From the human T2T-CHM13v2.0 reference genome, Homo sapiens, in the NCBI RefSeq assembly GCF_009914755.1, contig NC_060936.1: a stretch of DNA of 64,000 nucleotides, one strand, 5' to 3'. Each line of letters starts with the position of its first letter. The stretch's first letter is position 1. Under the pieces are notes generated by a model. The model was given only the letters and a program-made list of their open reading frames with translations, searched no databases and was not told the DNA's origin. The position numbers were made by a program, and so were the translations under genes. This document shows positions 14,866 through 29,109 of this stretch, one piece after another.

Positions 14866-16309
14866 TAGGGTATGTTTTAATTTGAAAAGAGTCTGTTGCC
14901 ATAATTTTAGGGGCTCACTGAGTTATGCAGCAGGAATAAAAATGCCAAAGGAAAATCTGCTTCAGCTCATGAGATTGAGTCTCTAAGTCTCTGCTGCTTT
15001 GAGCCACTGTCGAGACAGATAGAGAGAGACAAAGACAGGCTGATAGACAGACAGAAAGCTCTCTGTAGTTAAACCAGCAGCCTTGACCCAAATACATGCC
15101 TATCTGGACTCCCATGACATCATGCTTGGATGACTGTAGAATGCAGAAGTGTCTGAAAAAGAGAGAAATAGATCCAAGACCCTAAAAGAAGAAGAGTTTC
15201 TAGAGCCAGAAAGAAACTGAAACTTCACTCCAGGCCCTCCTGGAGAGAATCTTTCACAATTGTAATTCAGGAAGGGATTGGTAATTACTGCCAGAATCAC
15301 ACTGTATATAAAGACATGTGTTACTTGCTGTCTATAGTATATAACATATTTTATTTAACCATTACTTAATTATATACATTTCTTCCCATATTGTGGGTTT
15401 AATTCTTATCCCTAAGTTAAGTCTTTGTAAAGCCCAAGTTAAAAGAATACCTTCTAGAAAGTTTATATAGAGACACTGGAATCACAGTCCTGCTGCTCAG
15501 AGCAGGTATGTGGTACACATGTACTAAAATGGTGACCAAACAGGGACCCCTGGGGCACTAGTAGGAAAAAACACTACCTAATATGGTGTGAGTGTGTGTG
15601 GCTTGGCAGGAGTGACCCATAATCAATAGGATTAGGCAGAGGATTTGGCTCAGAAAATATAATTGCAAGTGCAATGGTCCTTTAAGGAATGCCATTAAGG
15701 TAAAATATTTTAAAGAATACCATCCACTTGGAATAGTTTTGGGGAAAGAATTTAAAGGAATTTCAAATGAAGAACCTTGCTGTGATTGTTGCTTTAAGCA
15801 CCATTTTTGGTTTACAAATTACATGCCATTTTACAGACAACCAAAGAAACATGATCCAACTGTATTATTCTTTTACCCCATGTTTTCACTGTTCCATATG
15901 GTTAACATCAGTTGGGTGGTTTCTTTAGAAACAATTAAAAATCTTGCCAGACACACAAGAAGAAACCATGTGAGCATGTTTTCTGCTTGCTGGTGACATT
16001 TTATCCCCTCCCTATCCCTTTTGTCTTTAAAGAATTACTCAGTCTGCTGGAGTAGGATCCCTTAAAGGCTGGGAAATGACAGTCCCTTCTTACCACAATC
16101 CAACTTAGGTCTTTAGGCAAACAATAATGCAGAAGGACATCTGTTTTGTTTCTGTGGCTCCCAAATGACAGTATTAGAAAATGAAGCCAGTATGAAAAAT
16201 GCTCAAAATGCAGTACACCATCAAGGGAAAGGAATTGACTATAAATCAATAGAATTTTGAATAGAAATTTGAATAGAACCTCCAAATAGAACCCATTTTG
16301 GAGTTTGCA

Positions 16310-16515
16310 TTGATAAGGATAGTCTACGTTTTGCTGCAGTAATATCTACCCCCAAATCTTAGTGGCTTATGATCACAAAGGTTCATTTATCCCTCATGCT
16401 GTCAGCTGGGGTGGGGATGAGCCCAGGTCACTGCCAAAGTCATTGCTCTGAGACTCAGGCTGAAAGAGATGGAACCATCTGGAAAGCTATCAATCGACAT
16501 GGCAGAGGGGAAAAA
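16310..16515 (-). mobile_element. Old MLT1 (K/L-like) LTR fragment
   Basis: TGCTGCAGTAA...CCCCAAATCTTAGTGGCTTA...AAGGTTCATTT. Confidence 0.6.
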
Positions 16516-16544
16516 GAAAGTGCTAGGTTTGCTGCATACACTGT

Positions 16545-16691
16545 CTTATTCAACCTTTCTGACATCCAATGAGATAAGTAGTAATATCCCTATGTTATAG
16601 ATAAGGAAACAAGCTAAGAGTTGTTAAAGAACTTATTCAAGTACCACCTAGTGAATGGCAAAGAGAGAATTCAATTCTAGGTCTGTCTGAA
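16545..16691 (-). mobile_element. MIR
   Basis: ATAGATAAGGAAAC...GTTAAAGAACTT..CAAG...TAGGTCTGTCTGA. Confidence 0.7.
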
Positions 16692-17228
16692 TGTGGCAGG
16701 CAGACTCTAAAATGGCCTGCAATAATACTGGTATTCAGGTCCTCATGTAATCTGCTCCCCTTGAGTGTTGACTGGACCCAGTAACTTGCCTGTAATGAGT
16801 AGCATATGGCAAAAGTGATGGAATGTTGCTTCTGAGATTAGGTTACGAGAGATAGTAATTTCCACCCTGCTAGCAGAATCTCTTTATTGACATGCTCCCT
16901 TGCTAGCTTTGATGAAGCAAGTTGCCAGGTTTGATGAACCTACTTGGCAAGGGACTGAGCGAAACCTTTGTCCACAGCCCTAAATGAATGGAATCCTGCC
17001 AACAACCATGTAAGTGAGCTTGGAAGCTGATCATTCCCCAGCTGAGCTTTCAGATGAGCCCCAGCCCTGTTTGACACCTGGATTGTGGCCTCGTGAGAGA
17101 CTTTGAAGTAGATGACCCATCTAAGCCATGGTTAGATTTCTAACACAGAGAAGCTATGAAATAATAAATGTATGTTGTTTTAAGCCACTAAGTTTTTAGT
17201 GGTTCGTTACACAGCAATAGATAATACA
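16692..17228 (+). mobile_element. MLT1F-type solo LTR
   Basis: TGTGGCAGGCAGACTCTAAAATGGCC...CAGCAATAGATAATACA; TSD CTGAA/CTGAC. Confidence 0.85.
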
Positions 17229-17344
17229 CTGACTACAGAGTCCATACTCTTCCCACTAAATTAGTTAGCCTCTTTTTTGCAGAAAACTTGTTCCTTATCC
17301 CACATTCTTTGTTATGGTTTGTGGCATTCTATACATCAACACTC

Positions 17345-17600
17345 TTAAGCCATAAGCTTGAAAGTCATCCTAGATCCCACCTCTTCTCTCATTTTCACAC
17401 AAAAAGAGTTATCAAATTTTATGAACACTGGATTCTATAATCTCAAAACTCTATTGTGTCCTCTCCAATCTCTCTGTTTAAGTCAGGCCTCGGTGGTCTT
17501 TGCCTGGACTGTTTCCATAGCTCCTGTCTCCCTGCATCCAGACTTGCTCCACTCCAGTCCATTCTCACACCCATCACTGTCTCCCACATTGCTTCCAGTG
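17345..17600 (+). mobile_element. L2 fragment
   Basis: GTCATCCTAGA...TCCAGTCCATTCTCACAC. Confidence 0.55.
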
Positions 17601-18551
17601 TAGGTCTACACTGTATAGCATCTTAGTATGATATTGTCATCTGGTGATATTTTGCTCCAGACTCCCTGTTGCCTCCAGAAACTTCTTCCCATTCAGGCCC
17701 CAGGTTAATTGCTCCATTTACTGCTTCATGGAAAGGTTGTTGATGCAGAAACAGAAAAGTAAAATCATGAAAACCTCAGCTTTTACATATTAAGATTGGG
17801 TAAAAGCCTGGAAGGACTGAGGGCATATATTTCATGCCATGTAATTTTTGAAGGATGTATGATCAGTCGCAATGTTTTCCTCACCTGAGACTTGACCAAG
17901 GTTCTGTGAGCTGGGGCACAAGAAGGATGCAAGGAGAACATGAGACCTAGATATATGTGTCCCTGAGAAGAGGTTTTGCTTCCCGACCACATGCCCCATC
18001 CCAGTCTTGGGGAGAGGAACGACAGAAACCATAGGTGGGTTTCGGAGATCAGAGAATGGAGAAAGACCTGCACCTGGCTTCTGGGGCCAAGAGGAAAAAG
18101 AAAGTGCAGGGAAAACCTGGCAGAGTTCCCTGGTACTCTGTGAGGCTCGGCTGTAGCATTAGAGACCCAGCTAAGTGGGGCGCCTAGGCAGACAGGTGGC
18201 CATCTGAGTAGACTCTCAATGGGAGGCCAGATGAGAAGGAGGGTATATTAGTGAATGCTAGCATAGACAGGTGGGGATGAAGGACCAGCTCCTTCCCCTC
18301 TTCTGACCCTCTGTCAATACTTTAGCATGTTGGAAGCCCCCAGCTGGACACAACTAAGGGACTGGAAAAAGGTCTTTAATTAATGGAGACTTAGCATCCA
18401 TTGCTGGACAGATGAGAGATCAGAAACACAGGTTTCACCCTCTCACCAAGTTTCCCTCTAAAACTCTTTCTATGCTTCCCCCACTTGAAGAGAAAGCATT
18501 TGAGAAACTAAATGTCATCCTAAAAGTTTGGTACATTGAATAGGAAAGTGA

Positions 18552-18861
18552 TTTTTTAGTAGTAGTAGTAGTAGTATTTTGAGACAGAGTCTTGCTCTGT
18601 CACCCAGGCTGGAGTGCAGTGGCACGATCTCAGCTCACTGAAACCTCGCCTCCCGAGTTCAAGTGATTCTCCTGCCTCAGCTTCCTAAGTAGCTGGGACT
18701 ACAGGCGTGTGCAACCACACCTGGTTAATTTTCGTATTTTTAGTAGAGACAGGGTTTCACCATGTTGGCCAGGCTGGTCTCGAACTCCTGACTTCAGGTA
18801 ATCCACCCGCCTCAGCCTCCCAAAGTGCTGGGATTACAGGCGTGAGCCACTGCGTCTGTCC
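18552..18861 (-). mobile_element. AluS with (TAG)n-converted tail
   Basis: Full dimer. Confidence 0.95.
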
Positions 18862-19491
18862 ACATGATTCTTAATAACTATGAGATTACACAAGATCTCA
18901 GTAACAGAATCACCACCAAGGTTGAGCCCACACACCCTTGTCTCCTCTGGCCCTTTCCACAGTATCACTGTCTAATTTTCCATCAAGTTTTCTCTACCAC
19001 ATCCCTTCCCTGCCTGCTCATCCTTTGACATTGAGGACTTTCTCCATGAATTCTACTCCACTAGATCTGCAGAGTCGTGGAAAGAAGCATATCCATGAAA
19101 CTATTTGTGATCACACTCTACTTGTCACTCCTATTTGGTATAACGGTCAGGAGATGAAAGGGACACTTATGGTTTCCTTCTATTTCTCTTTTTACCCCTC
19201 ACTATAAATCTCTCTGTTGCCCATGCTGTGACTGGCAAGCATGATCTCCCCTGGACAGCAACCCCAACTCCTAGGCTGCCGGTGGACTTCTGTAAGAGTC
19301 TAGAATCTTAGGGAGCTGGAGTGAAATTTTCTGGATTGGGGAAGTTGAAATGACAACCTTTGGGGACTTGTATCTATTGGTGTTTGAGTGTGATTACATG
19401 TCCAAAGGCAAGGGACAGAAGAGCTTTTGGGCTTGTAAAAAATAGACAAGTAGAACAAAAACAATCCAGATAATTACTCTTTCAGAACTTA

Positions 19492-19791
<300 letters not shown>

Positions 19792-20045
19792 TTAATTGCC
19801 AATTCTCCTAACCCCTCCATCCAATGTAGACAGGGACTCTCCATAGAAGAAGAGAATGACAGAAACACTGATTCTTCACAACATGATCAACAAGCACAGT
19901 GAGTTTCAGTGAGACATTCAATGCTTGGTCTTTTGATCTGGTCCTAACAAATATTTAGAAATGCTTGTGCGATGATAAATCTGGGATCACAGAGGAAACC
20001 ATGGAGAATAAAAAAAAAACACAGGTTTGTTGTTGTATAAATGTG

Positions 20046-20048
<3 letters not shown>

Positions 20049-20094
<46 letters not shown>
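20049..20094. repeat. (TG)n microsatellite
   Basis: ~23 perfect units. Confidence 0.98.
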
Positions 20095-20101
<7 letters not shown>

Positions 20102-20432
20102 GGTGAGCTAAGGAAATCTAACCGACATGTCAGCCTCGGGTGCAAGGTAACTTACTGTTGTTTTTGTTTCTTCCTGTCATGAAACTGATTTCCTTTTTCC
20201 TCTCCCCTCCCATCTGTTGAATCTCCTCCACTTCAAGGCAAATACAAACTTTCCTCTCCACATTCTCAACCAGTTTTCACTCATTTCTTCTAGTCTCTCT
20301 CTCTTCTTTCTCATCACTTTTGGGGGAATGAAACAATCCTTCCTCACTCCATCCCCGGCCATTAAACCATACACACTGTGCCCTGTAAGGAAGGGCACAA
20401 AAGGAGGAGGGCCTGCACGGGGCTCTTAAAAG

Positions 20433-20692
20433 CAAGGCCACCCCAGTATGGTCTTGGGAGGACTGCATCATCATAATCCAGGAGCTCCTTAGAAGTGCAA
20501 AATCCCAGGCCCCACCCCACACGAACTGAATCTGAATCTTTGGAAGTAGCGGGGCGAACGTCAAGTATCTGGGGTGGGCGTCAAGTATCTGGGGTGGGCG
20601 TCAAGTATCTGGGGTGGGCGCCAAGTATCTGGGTGGGTGTTTTTGCAAAGCTCTCCCAAGTTCCTTTGCATGCGAAAGTTTGAGCATCACTG
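20433..20692. mobile_element. MER5A containing an internal 20-bp tandem repeat
   Basis: TTAGAAGTGCAAAATCCCAGGCCCCACCCCA..ACTGAATCTGAA...AAAGTTTGAGCATCACTG. Confidence 0.85.
20559..20637. repeat. Minisatellite 4 x CGTCAAGTATCTGGGGTGGG
   Basis: Three identical units plus one variant. Confidence 0.97.
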
Positions 20693-20824
20693 CTATAAAG
20701 CTTGGGTCCTAGAACAGGGACCCTCCTCCTTTTGTACCCTTGCTTACAGGGTACAGTGTCTACGGTTTAAGAGCCTGTTACCCATCCACAGCCTAGACTC
20801 CTCCCCTTCATCTAGAATTCTAGC

Positions 20825-20885
20825 CAAGATGGAGTCAGTTATGTTGGAGTTTTCTCACTGTGATAATTTTGCAAAGGCAGTTTTA
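20825..20885 (-). mobile_element. LTR8/MER4-group LTR 5' end fragment
   Basis: Reverse complement reads AAACTGCCTTTGCAAAATTATCACAGTGAG...AACTGACTCCATCTTG. Confidence 0.65.
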
Positions 20886-21606
20886 GTTTCCCCATATGTA
20901 AATTGACGGTACCTCACTGGGTTTTGTGATGAATAAATGAGTTGCATAGATAGAGCACAAAAAAACAGTGTGTGGAAAATTTAAAAAAACAGTCTTAGTG
21001 TTTATCTTGCTTTTATCTCCTTCAGGTTGCAAGGACAGAAATGATTTATCTCCCCCTCTGCGACATGTTGCCTCTTACAAGTCCGGAAGCAACATCCAGC
21101 TCCTCTGTTGCTTCTGTGAATGAAAATCAATTTCTAATTTAGGACACTTTTGGCATCAGTACCTTCTCATTTTCCCCTCTGTCAGGGTATTACTATGAAC
21201 TAAGGATTTATATAGCAATTTTCATCTGAGGGAGCTCCATTTTTTTTTAACAGAGTGAATTTATTAAATCACCACTAACCATCATAATAGCCCTTCAGAT
21301 GGGGCAGATGCATTCATTTATTGCATTTACTTATTCTGAACATCAAATTGTAGTAGCCTTCAGGAGCCTCTACTCAAGCTGGGAAGAAACACCATGGAGT
21401 TCAGGAAAACTGGAAAGACCATGCTTGTCTTTTAGGTATAAGAATTAGGGAACCCAGTTGAATGGTCCCTTTTGGGGAACAGGGAAAAGGGGTTTGTTTC
21501 AGCTTCCTCAATCTCTTTCTGGACCACAAACTCCTTCGGAATGGAACTGGTCAATTCCAAAAAGGATTGTCCCTGGAATAGAATTACAAGTCCCTGGTCC
21601 CAGTTC

Positions 21607-21970
21607 AATCAGTCTGGATGAGCATGATTTTGCTATTGTAACAAAGAGCACCCCAATTCTAAGTGTTTTAAAACAACAAAGGTTCATTTCCAGCTCATGC
21701 CACAGTTCCAGCATGTATTGGCAGTGTTCTCTGCCCCACGGCATCCCACTCTAGGACTCAGGCTGATGTCTCCAGACTGGCAGCCAAAGAAAGAGAACAT
21801 GGAAAAATTGCAAAACAGCCCTTAAACGTTTTTGCCAAAAAAGTGACCAACCTCACCTCTGCTCATTTTTTGTTGGCCAGACCACATCTCACACCACAGA
21901 ATCTGTCCCTCCCATGTGCCCAAAGTGAAGGGGAACTGGATAGATATCAGATATCGATGAACATAGTAAT
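21607..21970 (-). mobile_element. Old MLT1 LTR
   Basis: GTAACAAA..CCCCAA...AAAACAACAAAGGTTCATTTC; TGCTCATTTTTTGTTGGCCAGA. Confidence 0.65.
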
Positions 21971-23189
21971 GTTTATCACTCTAATTAGCTTTGGCTGCTT
22001 TACTAACTTGGTTCTGATTTATTTGCTTCCCTGTTAGCATTTGGAACATGATGTAATTTCCTTCCACTTCACCTCTCTCCTAACTTGACAACATCCCTAA
22101 TATTCTCTGAAATCTGTGCATGGGAACTAAGCTCCTCAGCAGTACAATTTTTTTCCCTGAAATCTAAGGCTTTCTGCAAAGAGGCACCTTCAGTGTTGTC
22201 AAGATTAAGTTTGTTTTTCCTCCTGAGTTTTCCACCTCACCCAGCCCCCACCCAGGTCTAGTTGTAAAATGTATCTGCATGTTTTAAAAGCTCATTATGT
22301 AAATGTATCAGAGTCCATATCCATCAACAGATAATTTAAAAGACTCTGTACATATTTATGAGTTCGCTTAATATGGCTTTAATGAGGAGGTTTACTAGAA
22401 ATACCAAATCAAGGAGGCAAGAAGAAAAACGATCACAAAGATGAGCATGAGTTTTCAGCCGTTCTTGGTAGTTCTGAGAGCTGTCAGAACATTCAAAGAG
22501 CTGCCAGAACTGAGGCTTCCTGTTAGCCTACCGTATATGGTAAAAAGCAGCTGGGGAAAGAGGTAAGTCATGTCGCTCAATATTTCTTTGAATCTAAGGC
22601 TAAACTTTTTTGGTTTGTTTCAAACTGAAGATATTTGATGAGCCAAAGTCTCATGTTTCCACCACCTCTAGAAGCAAAGTCACTGTGGGAGATGGTCAAA
22701 AGTCTGACATAGCCCCCAGCAATGTCAAATACATTCAGAGAGTCACAACTCTAGCCCATGTGGCTCCATTGTGGTAATTAGATAGAGGTGCTTCCTAGGC
22801 GATGAGGAAAACTTGTGTCTCCCTCCAGCAGACAAAGCTCTAAAGGTACTTGGCTTGGTGAGGAGAAGGTGACAGAGAGGTAGGTACCCCTTATTCCAGG
22901 TGGATAAAGTCAGTGAATGAAGCCTAGTGCCAGGACAAGCAGCTAGGTGAGTGGGACGTGGGCTAGAATTTAGCCTTCATGTGCCCTGACAGCCAGGCAC
23001 ATTAGTTTAGTGCATAATCTGCATAGTGGCAGTCCTGTCAGAAACCCATGAGTTCTCACCAACAGCTGGTCAAAGTCTGTAGGAACAGAAGACTTTTCCT
23101 CATTCTACCAACTAGTCTCTCTTGTTTACCCAAATGTCTGCTCAACCCCACCTCTGGGGCCTCTTAATTGCACCTCTCTTCATTATTTA

Positions 23190-23905
23190 CACACTTTTTA
23201 TGGGCCAGACCTCAGTCACATGGCACCACCAAAGTCCAGAGAAAAATGGGATGTGTTGGCTCACTGAGTGACCAGAAAGAAAAGGAAATCAGGTTTGATG
23301 ATCACATAGCATTGTCATTGTCTGCCACAATTTACCTATCTGATCACCAAACATTCATTTCACTCCTTTCCCCTCATATAGAACACATGCATCCCAAATG
23401 AGACACCCTATTTTTAGGGTCTTTTGACCATGTAGATACTACAATCATCTCAAAGTCCAGGATCTCAGGGATGTTGTACAGTCCTCCCCATTGGGTCCAG
23501 ATTGGCTCCCTATGATCTGGTGACTTGTGAACTAGAAGACAAGTTATCTGCCCACCCCACCCCCTACACACTGGTGGATTAGAAAGAGGATATCCAAAAT
23601 TAAAACTCCCATTCAGTCAAGGGAACCAAAAAAGAAGCTGTCTTTGCCCATAGCAATTCTGAAATCCTGGCTGTGGGGGAAGTTCCTTGATTTGACCTAA
23701 TGCTGGACTCTAGGAAGCACTGCCTTGTCTGTCACTCTCCTTTGCATGTCCAAGCTGGAATGCTGACTAGTGTGTTCTCTTGGGAAGCTCCACCGCTATG
23801 GGACCCTGGTTCCTCCTGGAGCAAGTTTAGAGGTCTAAGGTTATTTTGCAAGTTCAATAGTTGAAGGCTTTTTTTTTTCTTTTAAATTCACGCTTGTCAG
23901 TTCTT
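23190..23905 (-). mobile_element. MLT1 LTR end plus MLT1-internal
   Basis: AGTCACATGGC...TCTGCCACA then internal AAAGTCCAGGATCTC. Confidence 0.6.
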
Positions 23906-23918
23906 GGCTTAAACATAG

Positions 23919-24441
23919 TACATACCCAAAGGAATATAAATCATTCTATTACAAAGATACCTGCAAGCGTATGTTCATCACGGCACTATTCATGATAGCA
24001 AAGATATGGAATCAACCTAAATGCCCATTGACAACAGACTGGATAAAGAAAATGTGGTACATATACACCATGGAATACTATGCAGCCATAAAAAAGAATG
24101 ATATCATGTCCTTTGCAGGGACATGGATGAAGCTGGAAGCCATTATCCTCAGCAAACAAATGCAGGAACAGAAAATCAAACACTACATGTTCTCACTTAT
24201 AAGTGGGAGCTGAACAATGAGAAAACATGGACACAGGGAGGGGAACAACACTGGCGCCTGTTGGGGGTGGGGTTGGGGAGGGATAGCATTAGAAAAAATA
24301 GTTAATGCATGCTGGGCTTAATAACTAGGTGATGGGTTGATAGGTGCAGCAAACCACCATGGCACATGTGTACCTATGTAACAAACCTGCACATCCTGCA
24401 CATGTACCCCAGAACTTAAAATAAAAATAAAAAATAATAAA
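23919..24441 (+). mobile_element. L1PA (about PA10-13) 3' end
   Basis: ORF2 C-terminus [15 protein letters not shown], 3' UTR GCATGCTGGGCTTAATA, poly-A. Confidence 0.9.
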
Positions 24442-25475
<1,034 letters not shown>

Positions 25476-25499
25476 CAAGCCCTTCTTATGCTCACTAAG

Positions 25500-25680
25500 A
25501 ACTCACTATCTGACGAACTCTGGGCAAATTATTTAACTTTTCTGTGCCTCTGTTTCTTCATCTGGAAAATGATGATAATAGTATTCTCTACCTCATAGGG
25601 TTGTTGTGGTGATTAAATGGGTAATTTGTGTGACCTGTGCCTGACACAGTGCAAGTCCTCACTAGATGTTAGCTCCTGTT
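25500..25680 (+). mobile_element. MIR
   Basis: TGGGCAAATTATTTAAC...TACCTCATAGGGTTGTTGTG. Confidence 0.85.
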
Positions 25681-26093
25681 TATAGAAGAACAGCACTGGA
25701 AATTTGAGCCACCTGTTTCTGTGAGTTACATTTTAACCACTGACAAGACCCCAGTTCCTGATGAAAAATAGAAAGTTTCACAGGCTTAGATTTTTAGAAA
25801 CAAAATAGACACTAGTTCTGACATCCCAAGCCCATCAAAAAGTGTTTATGATACATAATGAAAGTTGAGACTTATTCCAGCACAGATTTGGATAAATGGG
25901 TACCATCTAGGCATTCCAGGGATGCACTGGCAGTGAGATTGAAAGGGAGAAAAAAAATCTGATAGCTCTGGATTGAACTATTTAACAATAAATGTCTCTT
26001 CTTGAGAGTAAGCCCTCTGAAGATCAGCTTCTAATTGCCAACATCATTTTCTACCTTCTGTACAAAGTCAACCCTTCCACATAGCCTACCAAG

Positions 26094-26273
26094 CAGGGCT
26101 TGCTGCACATCTGCATCATGACTGTGCAAATTAGAAAAGGGTGCTTTTACAATATGAGCCAGGGTGGATGGCTTGGTGAGTTGAGCATGGGCTGAATTTT
26201 ACCCACACCAGCCCGCTTGGTTGGGCACCCTTTTGCAGTGCACAACCTGAACAACCATATATGAGCAGCCCTG
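26094..26273. mobile_element. MER91-type hAT-Tip100 MITE
   Basis: TIRs CAGGGCT...AGCCCTG and perfect 8-bp TSD CTACCAAG. Confidence 0.85.
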
Positions 26274-27139
26274 CTACCAAGCACTCTGCATTCCAGAGAG
26301 TAGGTAACTCTCTGTATATTAATAACTAGATAGTCCTAGTCCTGGTGAATATAAGAATCTTGGCAATCAGGAAGTTACTTGCCATAAATCAAATAATGAG
26401 TTGCCAAAATCTCCTCACTCTTCATAATCTAGAGGAAGAAACAACTATAGGAGCAATAAATGACTGATAGAGCCTTTGTCTGGCATAATGGAGATATAAG
26501 CCAACAAAACTCAGGTATACACAATTCAAGCCAAAGCCAGAATTCAATGCCGAACTCATTCATCTCCATTTCAGTACCTAATCCAGAAAGCCTGGATGCC
26601 CTTGGAATCCCGCAAGATAGAATATAGCACCAACAAAGAACTGGAGGTTTGCAGCTCAGAGCTGCAGGCAAACTGCATACCATGGGGCCAAACCATCTTC
26701 CAGCAACACATCCTGCTTCTTTAGGCACTTGACAGAGCCAACTTTAACACAGACTTTGAGAAGTGGCCCTGATGAAACCCTGGCCAACAGCCAGCCAGCC
26801 ACCCAAAAATGTCTGCCTGAAAGCAGCTCCAGGAGGCAGGCCATGGGGAGTGGAAGTCGGGGAGAAACTGGAAGAGGCGCCAAGCAGCTGTCAGGGGAAG
26901 TGATGACACGGAGCAACACCAACTCTTATTTGCTTTTCCCCCCAGCTTCAAATGATGTGGCACAGTGGTGGCTTGCCGAGAAACTGCAGTCACAGATGGA
27001 ATAGCAGTGTTCAGAAAGAAAGATGGTACATGCACAGAGAGGAAAAGCAATAGATTACAGCAGGTAGTACATAAACATGGGCACAACTCTAATAATGGTA
27101 ATAATTATTTATAATAAATAAATAGACTAATAAACTTAC

Positions 27140-27370
27140 TAATAAATTGCTAAACCTGTACTGTGCCCTTTACTTATATTATCTCACTTGCATTAATAAG
27201 GAACCCAACAATCCTAAGAGGTGAGTGTTATTAACACAAGTTTCTTATAGGTGAGAATGCTGAAACACAAAGAGGCTAAATGACTTATCCAAGATCCCAC
27301 AGCTCCCAAGTAGTGGAGACTGAATCTGGAGCCCTGTGGTCTGAATTCAAAACCCAAGCTCTTAACTACA
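27140..27370 (-). mobile_element. MIR
   Basis: AGAGGCTAAATGACTTATCCAAGATCCCACAGCT. Confidence 0.8.
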
Positions 27371-27484
27371 GCCCTATCTTGTTTCTCAAAGGACTATCTA
27401 TGGGTAGACATGAGGTGTAGTAACGATTGGGGTCACCTGTGAGTCTGTGAGTCACAATCACACACCCTGGGCACATTTTCCATC

Positions 27485-27918
27485 TGCATTACGCCATTCT
27501 TGTGTTGCTATAGAGAAATACTTGAGACTGGGTAATTTATAATGAAAAGATATTTAATTGGCTCTTTAGGCCAATTAAGCCTCTGCAGGCTTTATAGGAA
27601 GCATGATGCTGGCATCTGCTCAGCTTCTAGAGGGGCCTCGGGAAGCTTACAATTATGGTGGAAGGTGAAGAAGGAGCCGACACAGCACATGGCAAAAGCA
27701 GGAGCAGGAGAGAAAGAGCGAGAGACAAATTGGATGGGGAAATGCCACACACTTTTAAATGACCAGATCTCATGAGAACTCACTATCAGGAAGACAGCAT
27801 GAAGCCCTGAGGGATTCGCCTCCATGAGCCAAACACCTCCTACCAGGCCCCACCTCCAGTACTGGGAATTACAATTCAACATGAGATTTGGGAGGGAACA
27901 AATATCCAAACTCTATCA
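27485..27918 (-). mobile_element. MSTA-type solo LTR
   Basis: GAGACTGGGTAATTTAT...TCCAAACTCTATCA; TSD CCATC. Confidence 0.9.
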
Positions 27919-28059
27919 CCATCCATCTATCCACAAATGAATACATACAGTTATTTAAGGAATATTTGTTGTGCTCAGCTCTTTGTATACATTGTTACAT
28001 TAAATATTCCCCAAAACTCTTAAGAGTTTGGGAAATACATTAAGAATAAAACACGGTCC

Positions 28060-28930
28060 CTGCAAAAATGGTTGCAATAATATCTTCCACCCCTCATGTA
28101 TTTTGCAATGTGACTCTGTCAATCCTCTCATTAAGAGGTAGAATCTATTTACCCTCACCTTGAATCTGAGCTGGTGTGTGACTTGCTTTGATGAATACAT
28201 TACATTAGAGGGGATATTCTGAGATTCAAAGTCCAAGGTTTAAGAGGACTGGCAGCTTTCACTTTTCTTATATCCCAGCTACCATGTATTAGTTTGACTA
28301 CTCTGAGGCCACCATGCTGCAAAGAAGCCCAAGCTAGCCGTGTAAAGAAGGAGTGGTCATATACATATACATATATACAGAGAGAGAGAGAGGTTTAAAG
28401 AATTAGTTCATGCAGTTATAGAGATTGGTAAGTCTAGAATCTGCAGGGTGGGCCAGCAGGCTGGAGACCCAGGGAAGAGCTGATATTGCAGTTCAAGTCC
28501 AAAGGCCATCTATTGGAGAATTCCTTCTTGTTTTGGTAAAGTCAGTCTTGTATTTGATTTGGGCCTTCAACTAATTGGGCAAGGCCCACCCATCTGATGG
28601 AGGGCAATCTGCTTTATTCAAAGTCTACTAATTTAAATGTTTATCATGTCCAAAAGTACCCTCACAGAAACACCAGGATAATGTGTGACAAAATATCTGG
28701 GCACTGTGGTCCAGGCAATTTGACACATAAAATTAACCATCTTACAGTCCAACCCAATCACTAGCATAATATATTTGAGTGACCCCTGCTGACACCATGT
28801 GGAACAGAAGAACCACCCAGCTGAGCCATGCCCAAATTCCTGGCTTATAGGATCATGAAAACTAATTAATTGTTGGTTTTGAGCTACTAAGTTTTGGGGT
28901 CATTTGTTATACAGCAACAGAAAATTGAAA
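28060..28930 (+). mobile_element. MLT1G/H-type LTR split by MLT2
   Basis: CCTTGAATCTGAGCTGG..GTGACTTGCTTTG; end TTTGTTATACAGCAACAG. Confidence 0.7.
28380..28745 (-). mobile_element. MLT2 (ERVL) LTR
   Basis: GCAGGCTGGAGACCCAGGGAAGAGCTGAT...TGACACATAAAATTAACCAT. Confidence 0.85.
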
Positions 28931-29109
28931 ACTGCCTTAATGAAGGTTACAATTTAGTGGCCTTAATCAACAGTAAGCATATAGATGTATAATTATATAA
29001 TTTGATACATATTAAGAACACTTCATTGCATTTATTAAAAACCCACTAGGTAAAATTTTCCATGGTAGTGTCAGACAAGGCTGTGGTGACAAGATCTTCC
29101 TTTTACAGG

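Noticed and set aside
17885-17946. Minus-strand exon-like segment SHVLLASFLCPSSQNLGQVS
   Set aside because: Weak acceptor, and it lies in a region (about 17.7-18.55 kb) that looks like an old LTR; cannot be supported.
20559-20637. CRISPR-like array
   Set aside because: Head-to-tail repeats without spacers, inside a MER5A in eukaryotic DNA.
22441-22562. Short plus-strand ORF MSMSFQPFLVVLRAVRTFKELPEL... ending at a strong donor
   Set aside because: Too short, no recognisable homology or promoter; kept only as a possible lncRNA splice site.
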